Shown: positions 1 to 9,024, counted from the stretch's first letter. The stretch is 64,000 nucleotides of DNA from Candidatus Moraniibacteriota bacterium (GCA_028688415.1 JAQTYF010000001.1:208627-272626), one strand, 5' to 3'. Notes: a model not told the origin generated them from the letters alone. Translations and numbers: made by a program.

Positions 1-134
1 TTGTTAAAGAAACTTATTTATAGCACTTTTTTGTGTTTTTGTCAAGTACAAAAAATACATTGGAAAAGAAAAAAGCCCGAGCGAATGCTATCGTGTGGGC
101 TTTCTGGTAGAGGAGGAGAGAACGAATGGGTTCT

Positions 135-419
135 TCAGTATGAGTCGACGTCGTCGTGCACCAGTATCTTTTCTGATGTTTCGAGCGACTGAACAGCGCG
201 ATGAAGAGCGAAATAGTACTCGTTGTACGCTTCAAGTGCGATGCCGTTGTCGGTAATCGACGTTTTGCCGAAACGTGAGAGGAATTCGTTCCAGAGACTA
301 TCATTCTGGGCGCTGAGCAGGTATTTCAGAAGCTCGTGTTTTGGATCATGAGCGTGAAGAAGTCCAGCCTCTTCAGTAATCAGGCTCGAGATATCGGTGA
401 TTTCAGTTGCATTTAACAT
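135..419 (-). CDS. Hypothetical acidic protein (94 aa)
   Basis: ATG ORF with an AGGAG SD upstream on the minus strand; a hairpin (AAAAGCCC..GGGCTTTT, ~71-103) lies downstream. Confidence 0.6.
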   Translation of the reverse strand: MLNATEITDISSLITEEAGLLHAHDPKHELLKYLLSAQNDSLWNEFLSRFGKTSITDNGIALEAYNEYYFALHRAVQSLETSEKILVHDDVDSY

Positions 420-556
420 TTTTTCTCCTGTTGGATTGTGAAAGAATATATCCGTTGTAGAATTTTTTACTCATTTTGTCAAGAGAAATCTTTGCATATT
501 GGCTGATATACTTTATACTGAGAGTAGGATTTTTTAATTATTTATTTCGAAAATTT

Positions 557-1498
557 ATGGAATTTTTACGGATACTCCGACAGAGTATTTTTGATAGAGA
601 TTTTTATATGAAAGCAAAAGATACTCATTTTAGCGGAGCATTGAAGCAGTATACACTGTTTATAGTGTGTATCGCTTGTATTACTGCAATATTTTTCTTT
701 TCTTTCCTTTTTGTTTCTTTGTCACAAATGAGAGAAATGGGGGATGTTCGCGCTCAAGCACTGTCTCTCTATCCTGATGAACTCGTGCTCCGTTTCGAGA
801 ATGGTCAAGCGACTTCCAATGTCGCAGAACCGTATGTGATCCCGGTACCAGCATCGTTTGGTATACAAAATTCTGACAATCTGCTTGTTATCAATACTCA
901 GGGGACAGTGACGCCAGCTGATTTCGATCTCTATAATACATCCGCCATTCTCGGAGGTGACGCCGTGTGGGTCTATGATCGAAAGAAAGAGAAGATTGAG
1001 ATTCAGAAATTTGATATGTTTGGAAAAGAAGCTGTTGTCGTGAATGAACAGAAAGTAGGAGAGTGGATAGATATCGCTTGGAACATAGGGAAGAAAGTGT
1101 TGGTTGCTTCCTTCATATTCGTACCGTTTTTCATTTTCTCTTTTCTCTGGTTCAGTTATCTGACATACCTCCTCTTTGGCGCAGTCATTATTTGGGTTGT
1201 TGCCAAGGTACGTAAAGCCGATCTCTCGTACAGCCAGTCATACAAAATCGGTCTCTATCTTATTACGCTTCCAATTCTCTACAATACATTGACAGTTGCT
1301 TCTCTCTCCTCCCTTCGTTTTCCTTTTGCATTTACGATTATTCTCGCTATCGTAGCGTATGCAAATCTGACCCCGACAAGCACCATTTCAATCAGTGAAG
1401 AAAAAACAGACACACCCAAAGAAGACGAAGGAGTGATCAAAATTGAAAACATCGAAGAAAAAAAGGATCTGAATATTGAATCAAATAAAGAATTATAA
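557..1498 (+). CDS. DUF1189-like membrane protein
   Basis: One N-terminal TM helix, an extracellular domain, then several C-terminal TM helices with an LSYSQSYKIGLYLITLP motif; start taken at ATG 557. Confidence 0.65.
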   Translation: MEFLRILRQSIFDRDFYMKAKDTHFSGALKQYTLFIVCIACITAIFFFSFLFVSLSQMREMGDVRAQALSLYPDELVLRFENGQATSNVAEPYVIPVPASFGIQNSDNLLVINTQGTVTPADFDLYNTSAILGGDAVWVYDRKKEKIEIQKFDMFGKEAVVVNEQKVGEWIDIAWNIGKKVLVASFIFVPFFIFSFLWFSYLTYLLFGAVIIWVVAKVRKADLSYSQSYKIGLYLITLPILYNTLTVASLSSLRFPFAFTIILAIVAYANLTPTSTISISEEKTDTPKEDEGVIKIENIEEKKDLNIESNKEL

Positions 1499-1533
1499 GA
1501 AAATCAGGAATATTCAAATTATTTTTTATCTTT

Positions 1534-1821
1534 ATGAAAGAACAAGTGAAGAATCAAATTCAGATCAAGGCAACGGACGAAGTATTGCGCGGGGTGTATG
1601 CGAATGCGATGCAGGTGCTTCATACCAAACAAGAATTTGTTCTGGATTTTATGAACATGTTTCCGCCGACAGGGACACTCAATGCACGAGTCATTGTTTC
1701 ACCTGCTCATTTGAAACAAATTATTACCGTACTTTCTGACAATTTGAATAAATACGAAACGAGTTTTGGAACAGTGGAAGCTTCGGATGCTTCATCAAAA
1801 ACTATTGGTTTTCAAGCATAA
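1534..1821 (+). CDS. DUF3467 domain protein
   Basis: GVYAN..HTKQEFVLDF..ARVIVSPAHLK..YETSFG signature. Confidence 0.8.
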   Translation: MKEQVKNQIQIKATDEVLRGVYANAMQVLHTKQEFVLDFMNMFPPTGTLNARVIVSPAHLKQIITVLSDNLNKYETSFGTVEASDASSKTIGFQA

Positions 1822-1832
1822 CGTACAGACAT

Positions 1833-2066
1833 ATGTATGAAGGATTTTTGCAGGAAAGAGATGAGTCAGACGCAAAAAATGATATTGCAGAAGAGACGAT
1901 AATCCATGTCCAGGAATTATTGGACGATGGATTGTACGATGAGGATGCTCGAAACAGAGCTATTATTATGCTCGAAGAAGCGAGATTGTCAACAAAAGAT
2001 GAACGCGCAATAGAACAAATAGACATGCTTCTCGAAGATATCGAAACTCGCTACGGAGATGTTTAA
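1833..2066 (+). CDS. Small acidic hypothetical protein
   Basis: 77 aa ORF at operon spacing from the preceding gene. Confidence 0.6.
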   Translation: MYEGFLQERDESDAKNDIAEETIIHVQELLDDGLYDEDARNRAIIMLEEARLSTKDERAIEQIDMLLEDIETRYGDV

Positions 2067-2118
2067 GAAAACAACATTTGTTTTTTTCTTTGAAGTAGGA
2101 TAAGGTGCGATACGACCT

Positions 2119-2700
2119 ATGGATATACATTCGGTACAATTTGTGAAAGGAGTCATTGGTTCCGAAGGACTGCCACAGCCATCACTGCCTGTTGTGGCTT
2201 TTTTCGGGCGTTCGAATGTGGGAAAATCGAGCGTGATCAATTCACTCGTAAAACAGAAAGGTATGGCACGATCAAGTTCTTCTGCAGGACGGACGACAGA
2301 GATCAATTACTACCTCGTGAATGACGCATGGTATTTGGTCGATCTCCCTGGCTATGGGTATGCTAATCGTCCAGCAGTCGTACGAGCGAAACTTGAGAAA
2401 CATCTTTCCTGGTATGCAAGTACTGATGAAGTCAATTTTCTTTGGACAGCACTCATCGTCGATGCGGAGATAGGTGCCAAAGATTCCGATAAAAAAACTT
2501 TTGAACTCCTCCGAGAATATGGGAGAAGAGTGATCATCATCGCGAATAAATGTGACAAGGGTGGTCGGAACGATATGACCAAGAGTTTGCAGAAAATTCG
2601 TACGACCTTCCCTGATTGCCCTGTGATTCGCTATTCCGCCAAGACAGGTGAGGGGAGAATAGAGCTTCTCCAAACTCTTTTTCCGAAAGAGAAGAAATAG
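2119..2700 (+). CDS. engB: Ribosome biogenesis GTPase YihA/YsxC/EngB
   Basis: GRSNVGKSS (G1), GRT (G2), DLPGYG (G3), NKCD (G4), SAK (G5). Confidence 0.95.
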   Translation: MDIHSVQFVKGVIGSEGLPQPSLPVVAFFGRSNVGKSSVINSLVKQKGMARSSSSAGRTTEINYYLVNDAWYLVDLPGYGYANRPAVVRAKLEKHLSWYASTDEVNFLWTALIVDAEIGAKDSDKKTFELLREYGRRVIIIANKCDKGGRNDMTKSLQKIRTTFPDCPVIRYSAKTGEGRIELLQTLFPKEKK

Positions 2701-2728
2701 ACAGCACACAATTGAGTATCACTTTTTT

Positions 2729-2764
2729 CACCCATCAACATCTCTTGACTGATGGGTATTTTTG
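2729..2764 (+). terminator. Intrinsic terminator after engB
   Basis: ACCCATCA...TGATGGGT stem followed by ATTTTT. Confidence 0.6.
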
Positions 2765-2777
2765 TGTCAAAATATTG

Positions 2778-2794
2778 TGTTGACATTGTCAACA
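2778..2794. promoter_or_regulatory. Perfect palindrome TGTTGACA-T-TGTCAACA containing TTGACA upstream of glgC
   Basis: 8-1-8 inverted repeat read directly; the operator role is inferred. Confidence 0.45.
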
Positions 2795-2822
2795 GTTTTT
2801 TCACAACTAGTAGGAGTAAGAG

Positions 2823-4043
2823 ATGAAGAATGTGTATTCTTTTGTGCTTTGTGGCGGTCGAGGCATTCGTCTCGGCGCGCTTACCGATACTCGGGCCAAG
2901 CCCGCAGTACCGTTTGGCGGGAAATACCGTATTGTCGATTTCGTGATGTCGAATCTGTTTAACAGCGGGTTCCACACTATTGGGGCACTCGTCCAATATC
3001 GGAGTCAGTTTCTGATGGACTATCTGTCCAACAATTGGAGCTCAGTCCCGAAAATGGGGTTCAATGTCTATACCATCGCACCTCAACAGGTGTTTGGTGA
3101 AGAATGGTATCGTGGTACGGCCGATGCGGTGTATCAGAATCTGGACACCGTGCGTGAGCATGGGTCTTTCGATACCGTGTGCATCATGAGTGGTGATCAT
3201 ATCACCGCGATCAATCTCTCTCAGATGTATCGGTACCATCAGGCACGGGAATCAGTGTTTACTGTCTGTGCGATGTCTGTGCCATCGGGCGAAGCATCAG
3301 AACGCTTTGGCGTGATCGAAGTCGATGAAAACAGTCGAATCATTGGTTTTGAAGAAAAGCCGAAGTTCCCGAAAGAAATTCCTGGGAAGCCTGGGTGGAG
3401 CTATATCTCCCTCGGGAACTACTTTGCGAATTTTCATCGTCTCTCGAGTTATCTTGGTGAAGATGCGAATGATGCTGAAAGTGATCACGACTTCGGCAAA
3501 GACATCATCCCTCAGATGGTGAGTGCCAGAGAAGCAGTGTTCGCTTATGACTATCGGGATAACCATATCACTGGTCAGAAAGAACACTACTGGCGTGACG
3601 TTGGTACGGTGAGTGGGTATCATGAGGCCAATATGGACCTCGTCCAGTACGAGCCACAGATCAACCTCTACAACGAAGAATGGCCTATTTGGACGCCGGC
3701 GGACAACCTGCCGGGCGCCAAGTTCGTCAAACCGCATCATCGGCTGGGTAGCGGTGAACGTTTCATTGTGAGTGGTGGATGCATCGTGGAAGATGCTTAC
3801 CTTTGTGAGACGATTCTCGGACGCAATGTCCGCGTGTATGGATCCAAAGTATGTCAGTCAGTGATCTGTGCTGGTGTGCGAATTGGATCTGGATGTTCAC
3901 TCAGTCGTGTGATTATCGACGAAGGTGTTCATATTCCACCGAAAACGAAAATCGGCTTTGATGCCGAACACGATAAAGCTCGTGGCTTCTTCGTTGATGA
4001 CAGTGGTATTGTCATCGTTCCTCAAGGATATGTCTTCAAGTAA
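2823..4043 (+). CDS. glgC: Glucose-1-phosphate adenylyltransferase (ADP-glucose pyrophosphorylase)
   Basis: GGRGIRL..RAKPAVPFGGKYRIVDF, WYRGTADAVYQN, FEEKP, DFGKDIIP, YWRDVGT, C-terminal beta-helix. Confidence 0.95.
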   Translation: MKNVYSFVLCGGRGIRLGALTDTRAKPAVPFGGKYRIVDFVMSNLFNSGFHTIGALVQYRSQFLMDYLSNNWSSVPKMGFNVYTIAPQQVFGEEWYRGTADAVYQNLDTVREHGSFDTVCIMSGDHITAINLSQMYRYHQARESVFTVCAMSVPSGEASERFGVIEVDENSRIIGFEEKPKFPKEIPGKPGWSYISLGNYFANFHRLSSYLGEDANDAESDHDFGKDIIPQMVSAREAVFAYDYRDNHITGQKEHYWRDVGTVSGYHEANMDLVQYEPQINLYNEEWPIWTPADNLPGAKFVKPHHRLGSGERFIVSGGCIVEDAYLCETILGRNVRVYGSKVCQSVICAGVRIGSGCSLSRVIIDEGVHIPPKTKIGFDAEHDKARGFFVDDSGIVIVPQGYVFK

Positions 4044-4104
4044 GGTCATATCAAAAAGTAGAATCACCCCGTTTTCCGAACCAGGAAGCGGGGGATTTTT
4101 TTAT
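4039..4104 (+). repeat. ~66 bp direct repeat copy 1 (includes the glgC stop codon and a terminator hairpin)
   Basis: Near-identical to 5412-5478 (one substitution, one indel). Confidence 0.9.
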
Positions 4105-4151
4105 TAGGAAATACTTTTGAGATCCGAATGCTTTTTCTTAGGTTTTTTATA

Positions 4152-4181
4152 TTGACTTCTTTTATTCTTTGAGGATATACT
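4152..4181 (+). promoter_or_regulatory. Putative sigma70 promoter TTGACT-N18-TATACT
   Basis: Consensus-like hexamers upstream of the 4328 ORF. Confidence 0.5.
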
Positions 4182-4327
4182 CTATGGAAGTTTGATCATG
4201 CTTACCTAGGGATCCAAATGAAAGGGTTCTTGTGGTAGAGCGGGATCGTCCTGTTTTATCCTGCTGGGCGACTGGCGGGCTGGTGAGCGATCACCTTCAG
4301 TTCTTTTACAACCGGAGTATTTTTATC

Positions 4328-5383
4328 ATGAAAACCTTTGAAATTGGCAAGTTGTTTCACGAAGGGAATGTCCAGACCTCCGTCACTTTGATGGATTTCC
4401 CTTATCTGATCCCTGATGCGTTTTATGAGACACGAGAGGGGAAGAAGCTTTCTATCCCTCTGTTACGCTCGATACTGAGCGAGTATTCCAAGAACTATAT
4501 CCTCCTTAAAAAAGAAAGTGGCAAGGAAGAACGTCTTTTGGAACGAGCCTTGAAAACGCTGGAAACAGCGAATCACTATGAGTCGGCCTGCCCGAATGGC
4601 TTTTTCGGTCTTGACGGACTCGAACAGTCATTGAAAGATTTGGACGATCCCACAAAACATGTCATGATCTCGGCTGGTATGAGCAATGTCACATTCAAAC
4701 TTTTGCGTTTGGGTGACTGTATTGCCATGTTACCAACTGACTCACGAGGAGAAAATCATCAGGATGCAATCGGTATCCTCGACGACATAATGGAAAGAAC
4801 AAATGGAGTGATGAATCTCATACATTTCGTTCGGCAATATGGATTTTCTATTGTTCCAAACTATGCCCCAGATGGGAACAATGGCGGTATCTTTGATGTG
4901 GCCGACGAAATAGCGAAATGGCGTGTACATGCGCCTCTGATCAATTGGGTGGACGCGGAAGTTTTTACCCAGAGCCTGTCGGAAGATTTCATATCGAGTT
5001 CTGATAATGATGACGGTGGTGTCGTCATCGGATCGTACGGAGATATGGACGTTTTGATGAGAATCAAGTCCGCGAAAAACTCAAAAGACGACATGGCCTG
5101 GCGACGTGGATATATCCGGAGCCAGACGGCTACGAGAATCGTTTTCGAGTCGAATCATCGGTACATGATCGAAGTGGAGTATTTCTTGAGAGTCAAGAAT
5201 CTTCGGCCTTGTTGGCTTACCGCTGTCTCGCTGAAACACAGTCTTGATTACGGTACAGAACAACACTGCATGGCAGCCGTTGCACGAATGATGTATGCTG
5301 GACTTTATAGCCGTTCTTTTGAACAAACAATGAGTCACAATTCCCATCTTCGTTCATTCGTCATTTGTACTGTCTGTCGATAA
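4328..5383 (+). CDS. Hypothetical protein (~351 aa), no family recognised
   Basis: Long ORF with its own promoter and terminator; start taken at ATG 4328. Confidence 0.7.
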   Translation: MKTFEIGKLFHEGNVQTSVTLMDFPYLIPDAFYETREGKKLSIPLLRSILSEYSKNYILLKKESGKEERLLERALKTLETANHYESACPNGFFGLDGLEQSLKDLDDPTKHVMISAGMSNVTFKLLRLGDCIAMLPTDSRGENHQDAIGILDDIMERTNGVMNLIHFVRQYGFSIVPNYAPDGNNGGIFDVADEIAKWRVHAPLINWVDAEVFTQSLSEDFISSSDNDDGGVVIGSYGDMDVLMRIKSAKNSKDDMAWRRGYIRSQTATRIVFESNHRYMIEVEYFLRVKNLRPCWLTAVSLKHSLDYGTEQHCMAAVARMMYAGLYSRSFEQTMSHNSHLRSFVICTVCR

Positions 5384-5411
5384 GTAGGTGGCTTTGGTCA
5401 CTACTGAATAC

Positions 5412-5478
5412 AGTAAGGCCATATCAATAAAGTAGAATCACCCCGTTTTCCGAACCAGGAAGCGGGGGATTTTTTTAT
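5412..5478 (+). repeat. ~66 bp direct repeat copy 2 (terminator hairpin + T-tract)
   Basis: Near-identical to 4039-4104. Confidence 0.9.
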
Positions 5479-5519
5479 AAAAAAGAGGAGAAATGAAGAA
5501 TCGTATTTTTTAAGCAATA

Positions 5520-5549
5520 AAAAAGCTCCTCCAATAAGAAGAGCTTTTT
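5520..5549 (-). terminator. Terminator hairpin after the GlsB/YeaQ gene
   Basis: AAAAAGCTC...GAGCTTTTT. Confidence 0.6.
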
Positions 5550-5569
5550 CAGTTGTCCGAATATATCGT

Positions 5570-5815
5570 TTAGCGTAAAGCTTTCACGATATAAATCAGC
5601 ACTACAGCGCCGATAAGGGCGACGACGAAGCTGTAGAGATCGAACCCAGACACTCCGGCCTGACCAAAAAAGGTCATGATCCAACCACCGACGACAGCGC
5701 CGACAATACCTACAATAATATTGAGGAGAATGCCTTGCTGACTGTCTGTGTGCATGAGAAGTGATGCGACCCAACCGACGAGACCACCAAAGATGATCCA
5801 AATAAGAAAACTCAT
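5570..5815 (-). CDS. GlsB/YeaQ/YmgE family (transglycosylase-associated) membrane protein
   Basis: WIIFGGLVGWVAS..NIIVGIVGAVVGG..ALIGAVVL. Confidence 0.9.
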   Translation of the reverse strand: MSFLIWIIFGGLVGWVASLLMHTDSQQGILLNIIVGIVGAVVGGWIMTFFGQAGVSGFDLYSFVVALIGAVVLIYIVKALR

Positions 5816-5845
5816 AGAATTTAATGTTAATGAATTAAGAGGTTA

Positions 5846-6199
5846 TCAATCTTGTCGATCAAGTTTTACGGCTGCTTCAGGAGTAGAGACTGTCTTCCCC
5901 ATGACAAGGAGCTTGATAATACCCCATGCAAAGAGAAAATAGACGAACATAGCGAGAATGGTGGTCCATTCAAAAATACTCCCTTCCACTCGTGATATTC
6001 TGAAAACAGAAGTGAACGGTGCTACGAAGATACCAGTGGCGGTGTAGATGAAATCTGTGAATCCTGCTCCAGCATTGGCGCCGAAAAGCTTGAGGATGAG
6101 ACGAAACGCGAGGAGCGTTTCGAGAAGCCCGAGGAGATACCAGATGACCTGTGTTCCGCGATAGAGTGGTTTTGTGCTGCCTGATGACATTGCGTCCAT
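5846..6199 (-). CDS. YggT-like membrane protein
   Basis: LAFRLILKLFGAN..FIYTATGIFVAPFTSVF pattern. Confidence 0.7.
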   Translation of the reverse strand: MDAMSSGSTKPLYRGTQVIWYLLGLLETLLAFRLILKLFGANAGAGFTDFIYTATGIFVAPFTSVFRISRVEGSIFEWTTILAMFVYFLFAWGIIKLLVMGKTVSTPEAAVKLDRQD

Positions 6200-6402
6200 A
6201 AGATTTTTCGTTACGGATTAAGGCATTTTTTCTATCTTTCTAGGTAACCACGTGGTTACATGAATAATGAAGAAGAACTTTCATATCTCTATTGTACTCC
6301 TTATAGTTTAAATTAGCCAATGTTTTTTGAAAAAAGTCAAGAGGATAGAGGTGTCTTGTTGTTGATTTCCTTGCCAATTGCAGGTATACTCTATGCACAC
6401 TT

Positions 6403-6780
6403 ATGGAAGAAACAACATTACAATCATCGCTCTCTATCAAAGATATCCTTCCGGAGAAACAGGGGAAATGCCAAGCAACGATCAAGGTCTGTCTGCACGA
6501 TAAATGTTGTCGAAAGGGAGCGGAAGATATCTATAAAAATCTCAAAGAAGGACTCTCGAAAGAAGAAGCTCTTGTTTTGCCTATCCACGAATGTTTCGGA
6601 TTCTGCAAAGACGGTCCGAATATCTCTTTGAATGACAATATTATCAAAGGTGTTCGTCCTTTCTCAGCTGTGGAGCTCGTCAGAAGAGAACTCGAGAACC
6701 CATCCTGCAAGGCCGATGGACTCGGATCAAAAAGCATTGAGACACTTGACGATGTCTTGGAAAATATCGAAAAACTCTAG
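6403..6780 (+). CDS. Thioredoxin-like (2Fe-2S) ferredoxin domain protein
   Basis: VCLHDKCCRKGA..ECFGFCKDGPN cysteine motif. Confidence 0.8.
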   Translation: MEETTLQSSLSIKDILPEKQGKCQATIKVCLHDKCCRKGAEDIYKNLKEGLSKEEALVLPIHECFGFCKDGPNISLNDNIIKGVRPFSAVELVRRELENPSCKADGLGSKSIETLDDVLENIEKL

Positions 6781-6794
6781 AGTGAAATAAGAAT

Positions 6795-6865
6795 CCGCCC
6801 ACATCGTTCTATGAAGTGTTTCGGGCAGGCCCGCCTGCAACGCTATGCGTAGCATTACGGGCAGG
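6795..6865. repeat. Two tandem GC-rich REP-like palindromes (CCGCC...CGGGCAGG)
   Basis: Both units share their ends; the second has an internal GCTATGCGTAGC palindrome. Confidence 0.55.
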
Positions 6866-6938
6866 GTTGTAAAAAAAAGGTCTTTGTGATAGCTTGTTAT
6901 ATCAATAAATAACGAGCTTTTTTTGTAAAGACAAGGTC

Positions 6939-7505
6939 ATGAAACGAAGCAAAGCTTTTTTCAAGTCAGTACTCAAAGCGAATAAAGAGAGGATGCTCGC
7001 TACTTTTGATCGAGCGAAGAAACATACCCAATCGATGATGCAAAGAAACGTGAAACGAAATGAGAAGTCACTTCTGATAATTCTCTGGAACATCTATTAT
7101 CAGAAAATACGTACTGTCCTGTACTCTGCCTCTGCGAAATCAAGGACATACATCCGCCAATTTTCTTTACGAGATACTTATCGGAATATATCTGTTTTTT
7201 TCACCAAGACATTGAATCGCATGAAAGACACTTCTTTCGCGATATATGAGAATGTTATTCTGCGAGGAAAATATACGCATAAAATGTTTATGATACTTTT
7301 TCTGGTAGCTATTGTTTTTGGAATAGGAGTGAAATCTCTTGCTGTGAATATCGGTATGACGATGGGCTTTGATGATTACCTGGTTATTTCAGAGGATGTT
7401 CGTTATGATATCGGCCTTTTGCAAGAGAAAAATATGAACCAAACAAAAGAAGATTCAGAAAGTAACGAACGACAGGGCGATGTCTGTTCGGATTTGGAGA
7501 TATAA
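6939..7505 (+). CDS. Hypothetical membrane-anchored protein
   Basis: Basic N-terminus, a TM helix, then GMTMGFDDY; directly upstream of the DsbA-like gene. Confidence 0.65.
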   Translation: MKRSKAFFKSVLKANKERMLATFDRAKKHTQSMMQRNVKRNEKSLLIILWNIYYQKIRTVLYSASAKSRTYIRQFSLRDTYRNISVFFTKTLNRMKDTSFAIYENVILRGKYTHKMFMILFLVAIVFGIGVKSLAVNIGMTMGFDDYLVISEDVRYDIGLLQEKNMNQTKEDSESNERQGDVCSDLEI

Positions 7506-7522
7506 TTCCCTATTTTTTTTAG

Positions 7523-8578
7523 ATGATTTTTATGGATACTTTTTACCCGAAGAACGAAGTGACGCAAGAGAAAAGTGTCGTTCAGATAAAAAACCTGATT
7601 GCACTGGGTGTTGTCTTGACAGGGCTTTTTATCGGAAGTTTGTTCGTGGACTTTGCACAACTGATGACGGGAAGTGGTTTTTCTCGGAGTATCGTTCGAG
7701 AGTATGATCTTCTTCAATCAGGAGGCAAGACATGGGTAGCTTACAAAGAACCAAAAGTGACTGTCCATATCATCACTGATGAAGATTGTACGAATTGTGA
7801 TCCTCGCGAGGCCCTCGTATGGCTCCGACGTGTGATGCCGACGATAGAAGCTTCTGCTGTAGAGAGTACTTCTCCTCTCGGAAGAGAGCTTATCGAGCAA
7901 ATGCGCATCGTGTCTCTCCCAGCATTTATTTTCTCTCGAGATGTGACAGCGACAGATTTCTATTCTCAGGCATCGAGTCTCTTTATCGAGGAGGAAAAAG
8001 GATATTTTTTTGATATGGGAAAAATTGGTTTGTCTATCGGGAAATATCTGACACTTCCAGAAGTGCGTGACGGTGACAGTATGAGTGGACCACGAGATGC
8101 TCGAGTGACCATTATCGAATTCTCAGATTTCCAGTGTGTCTATTGCAAGACATTTCAATCCGATCTGAATACAGTGCTGAAAGAATATGCTGGTAAGGTA
8201 TTGTTCGTTTATAAGCATCTTCCGCTCTCTTCACATACTCAAGCGGAGAACGCATCACTTGCTTCGCTCTGTGCCAATGAGCAGGGGAAGTTTCAGGTGT
8301 ATGCTGATTATCTTTACACAAAACAAGACGTGTGGGGAAAAACAATTGGTACACAGAAATTCAAGGACTATGCTTGGTGGCTCGGTCTCGATGGTCGAAA
8401 ATTCACGACCTGTCTCGATACCAAAAAATATCAAAACCAGGTACTCGCTGATAAAACAGAAGCGAATAAATTCTCTCTTACAGGAACGCCGAGCACTTTC
8501 ATTAACGGCGTCTTCTTATCTGGTGCTGTGACAAAAGATGTCTTGAGACAAGTGATTGACGAAGAGCTTGCTCGATAA
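7523..8578 (+). CDS. DsbA-family thioredoxin-domain membrane protein
   Basis: EFSDFQCVYC active site, HLPL, GTPSTFING cis-Pro loop; second CTNC motif. Confidence 0.9.
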   Translation: MIFMDTFYPKNEVTQEKSVVQIKNLIALGVVLTGLFIGSLFVDFAQLMTGSGFSRSIVREYDLLQSGGKTWVAYKEPKVTVHIITDEDCTNCDPREALVWLRRVMPTIEASAVESTSPLGRELIEQMRIVSLPAFIFSRDVTATDFYSQASSLFIEEEKGYFFDMGKIGLSIGKYLTLPEVRDGDSMSGPRDARVTIIEFSDFQCVYCKTFQSDLNTVLKEYAGKVLFVYKHLPLSSHTQAENASLASLCANEQGKFQVYADYLYTKQDVWGKTIGTQKFKDYAWWLGLDGRKFTTCLDTKKYQNQVLADKTEANKFSLTGTPSTFINGVFLSGAVTKDVLRQVIDEELAR

Positions 8579-8641
8579 ACATGAGACATGAGTCTTGCTG
8601 TTTGGTTATTTTTCCTGTAAAATGGAAAAAGTTTTGCATTT

Positions 8642-8700
8642 GCCAAGATAGCTCATCCGCCATCCGCCATCTGGCGGAGGCGGAGGCAGAGCGGCACATT
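8642..8700 (+). pseudogene. 5' half of a split tRNA-Thr-like gene with a 29 nt hairpin inserted in the D-loop
   Basis: GCCAAGA-TA-GCTC-A[insert]GGCA-GAGC-G-GCACATT; GCCAAGA pairs perfectly with TCTTGGC at 8871-8877. Confidence 0.75.
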
Positions 8701-8745
8701 CGCTCGCCCCGTCACACAATGAAGTTTCAGAAAATACGATATTAC

Positions 8746-8821
8746 GCCATCTTAGCTCAGTTGGTAGAGCGGCACACTCGTAACGTGCAGGTCCGCGGTT
8801 CAATCCCGCGAGATGGCTCCA
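8746..8821 (+). tRNA. tRNA-Thr (anticodon CGT), CCA encoded
   Basis: Full cloverleaf: GCCATCT/AGATGGC acceptor, GCTC/GAGC D stem, CTCGTAA loop, CGCGG-TTCAATC-CCGCG T arm. Confidence 0.95.
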
Positions 8822-8839
8822 AGATTAATGTGTGACTGG

Positions 8840-8881
8840 GGTAAATGCAGGTCCCGGGTTCGATTCCCGGTCTTGGCTCCA
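8840..8881 (+). pseudogene. 3' half of the split tRNA-Thr(GGT)-like gene, CCA encoded
   Basis: GGTAA-ATGC-AGGTC-CCGGG-TTCGATT-CCCGG-TCTTGGC-T-CCA. Confidence 0.8.
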
Positions 8882-8961
8882 TAAATAAGTTCTCCAGTTT
8901 TCCCTGCCCTCCGCCAGCTGGTGGATTGGAGGGGATTCTGATCATCGGCTCAAGAAGAATA

Positions 8962-8993
8962 AAGCAGGTTTCGATAGACCTGTTTTTCTTTTT
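8962..8993 (+). terminator. Terminator after the tRNA-Thr locus
   Basis: GCAGGT TTCGATAG ACCTGT followed by a T-tract. Confidence 0.6.
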
Positions 8994-9024
8994 GTGAAAT
9001 GAGAAATATGGTATACTAAAATAT

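Noticed and set aside
4328-5383. HAD-like assignment of the orphan ORF (GDMD motif)
   Set aside because: No N-terminal DxD motif; evidence insufficient.
8701-8839. Group I intron interpretation of the tRNA insertion (follows U, ends in G)
   Set aside because: After removing the nested 76 nt tRNA only ~60 nt remain, too little for a catalytic core; no P7-like motif seen.
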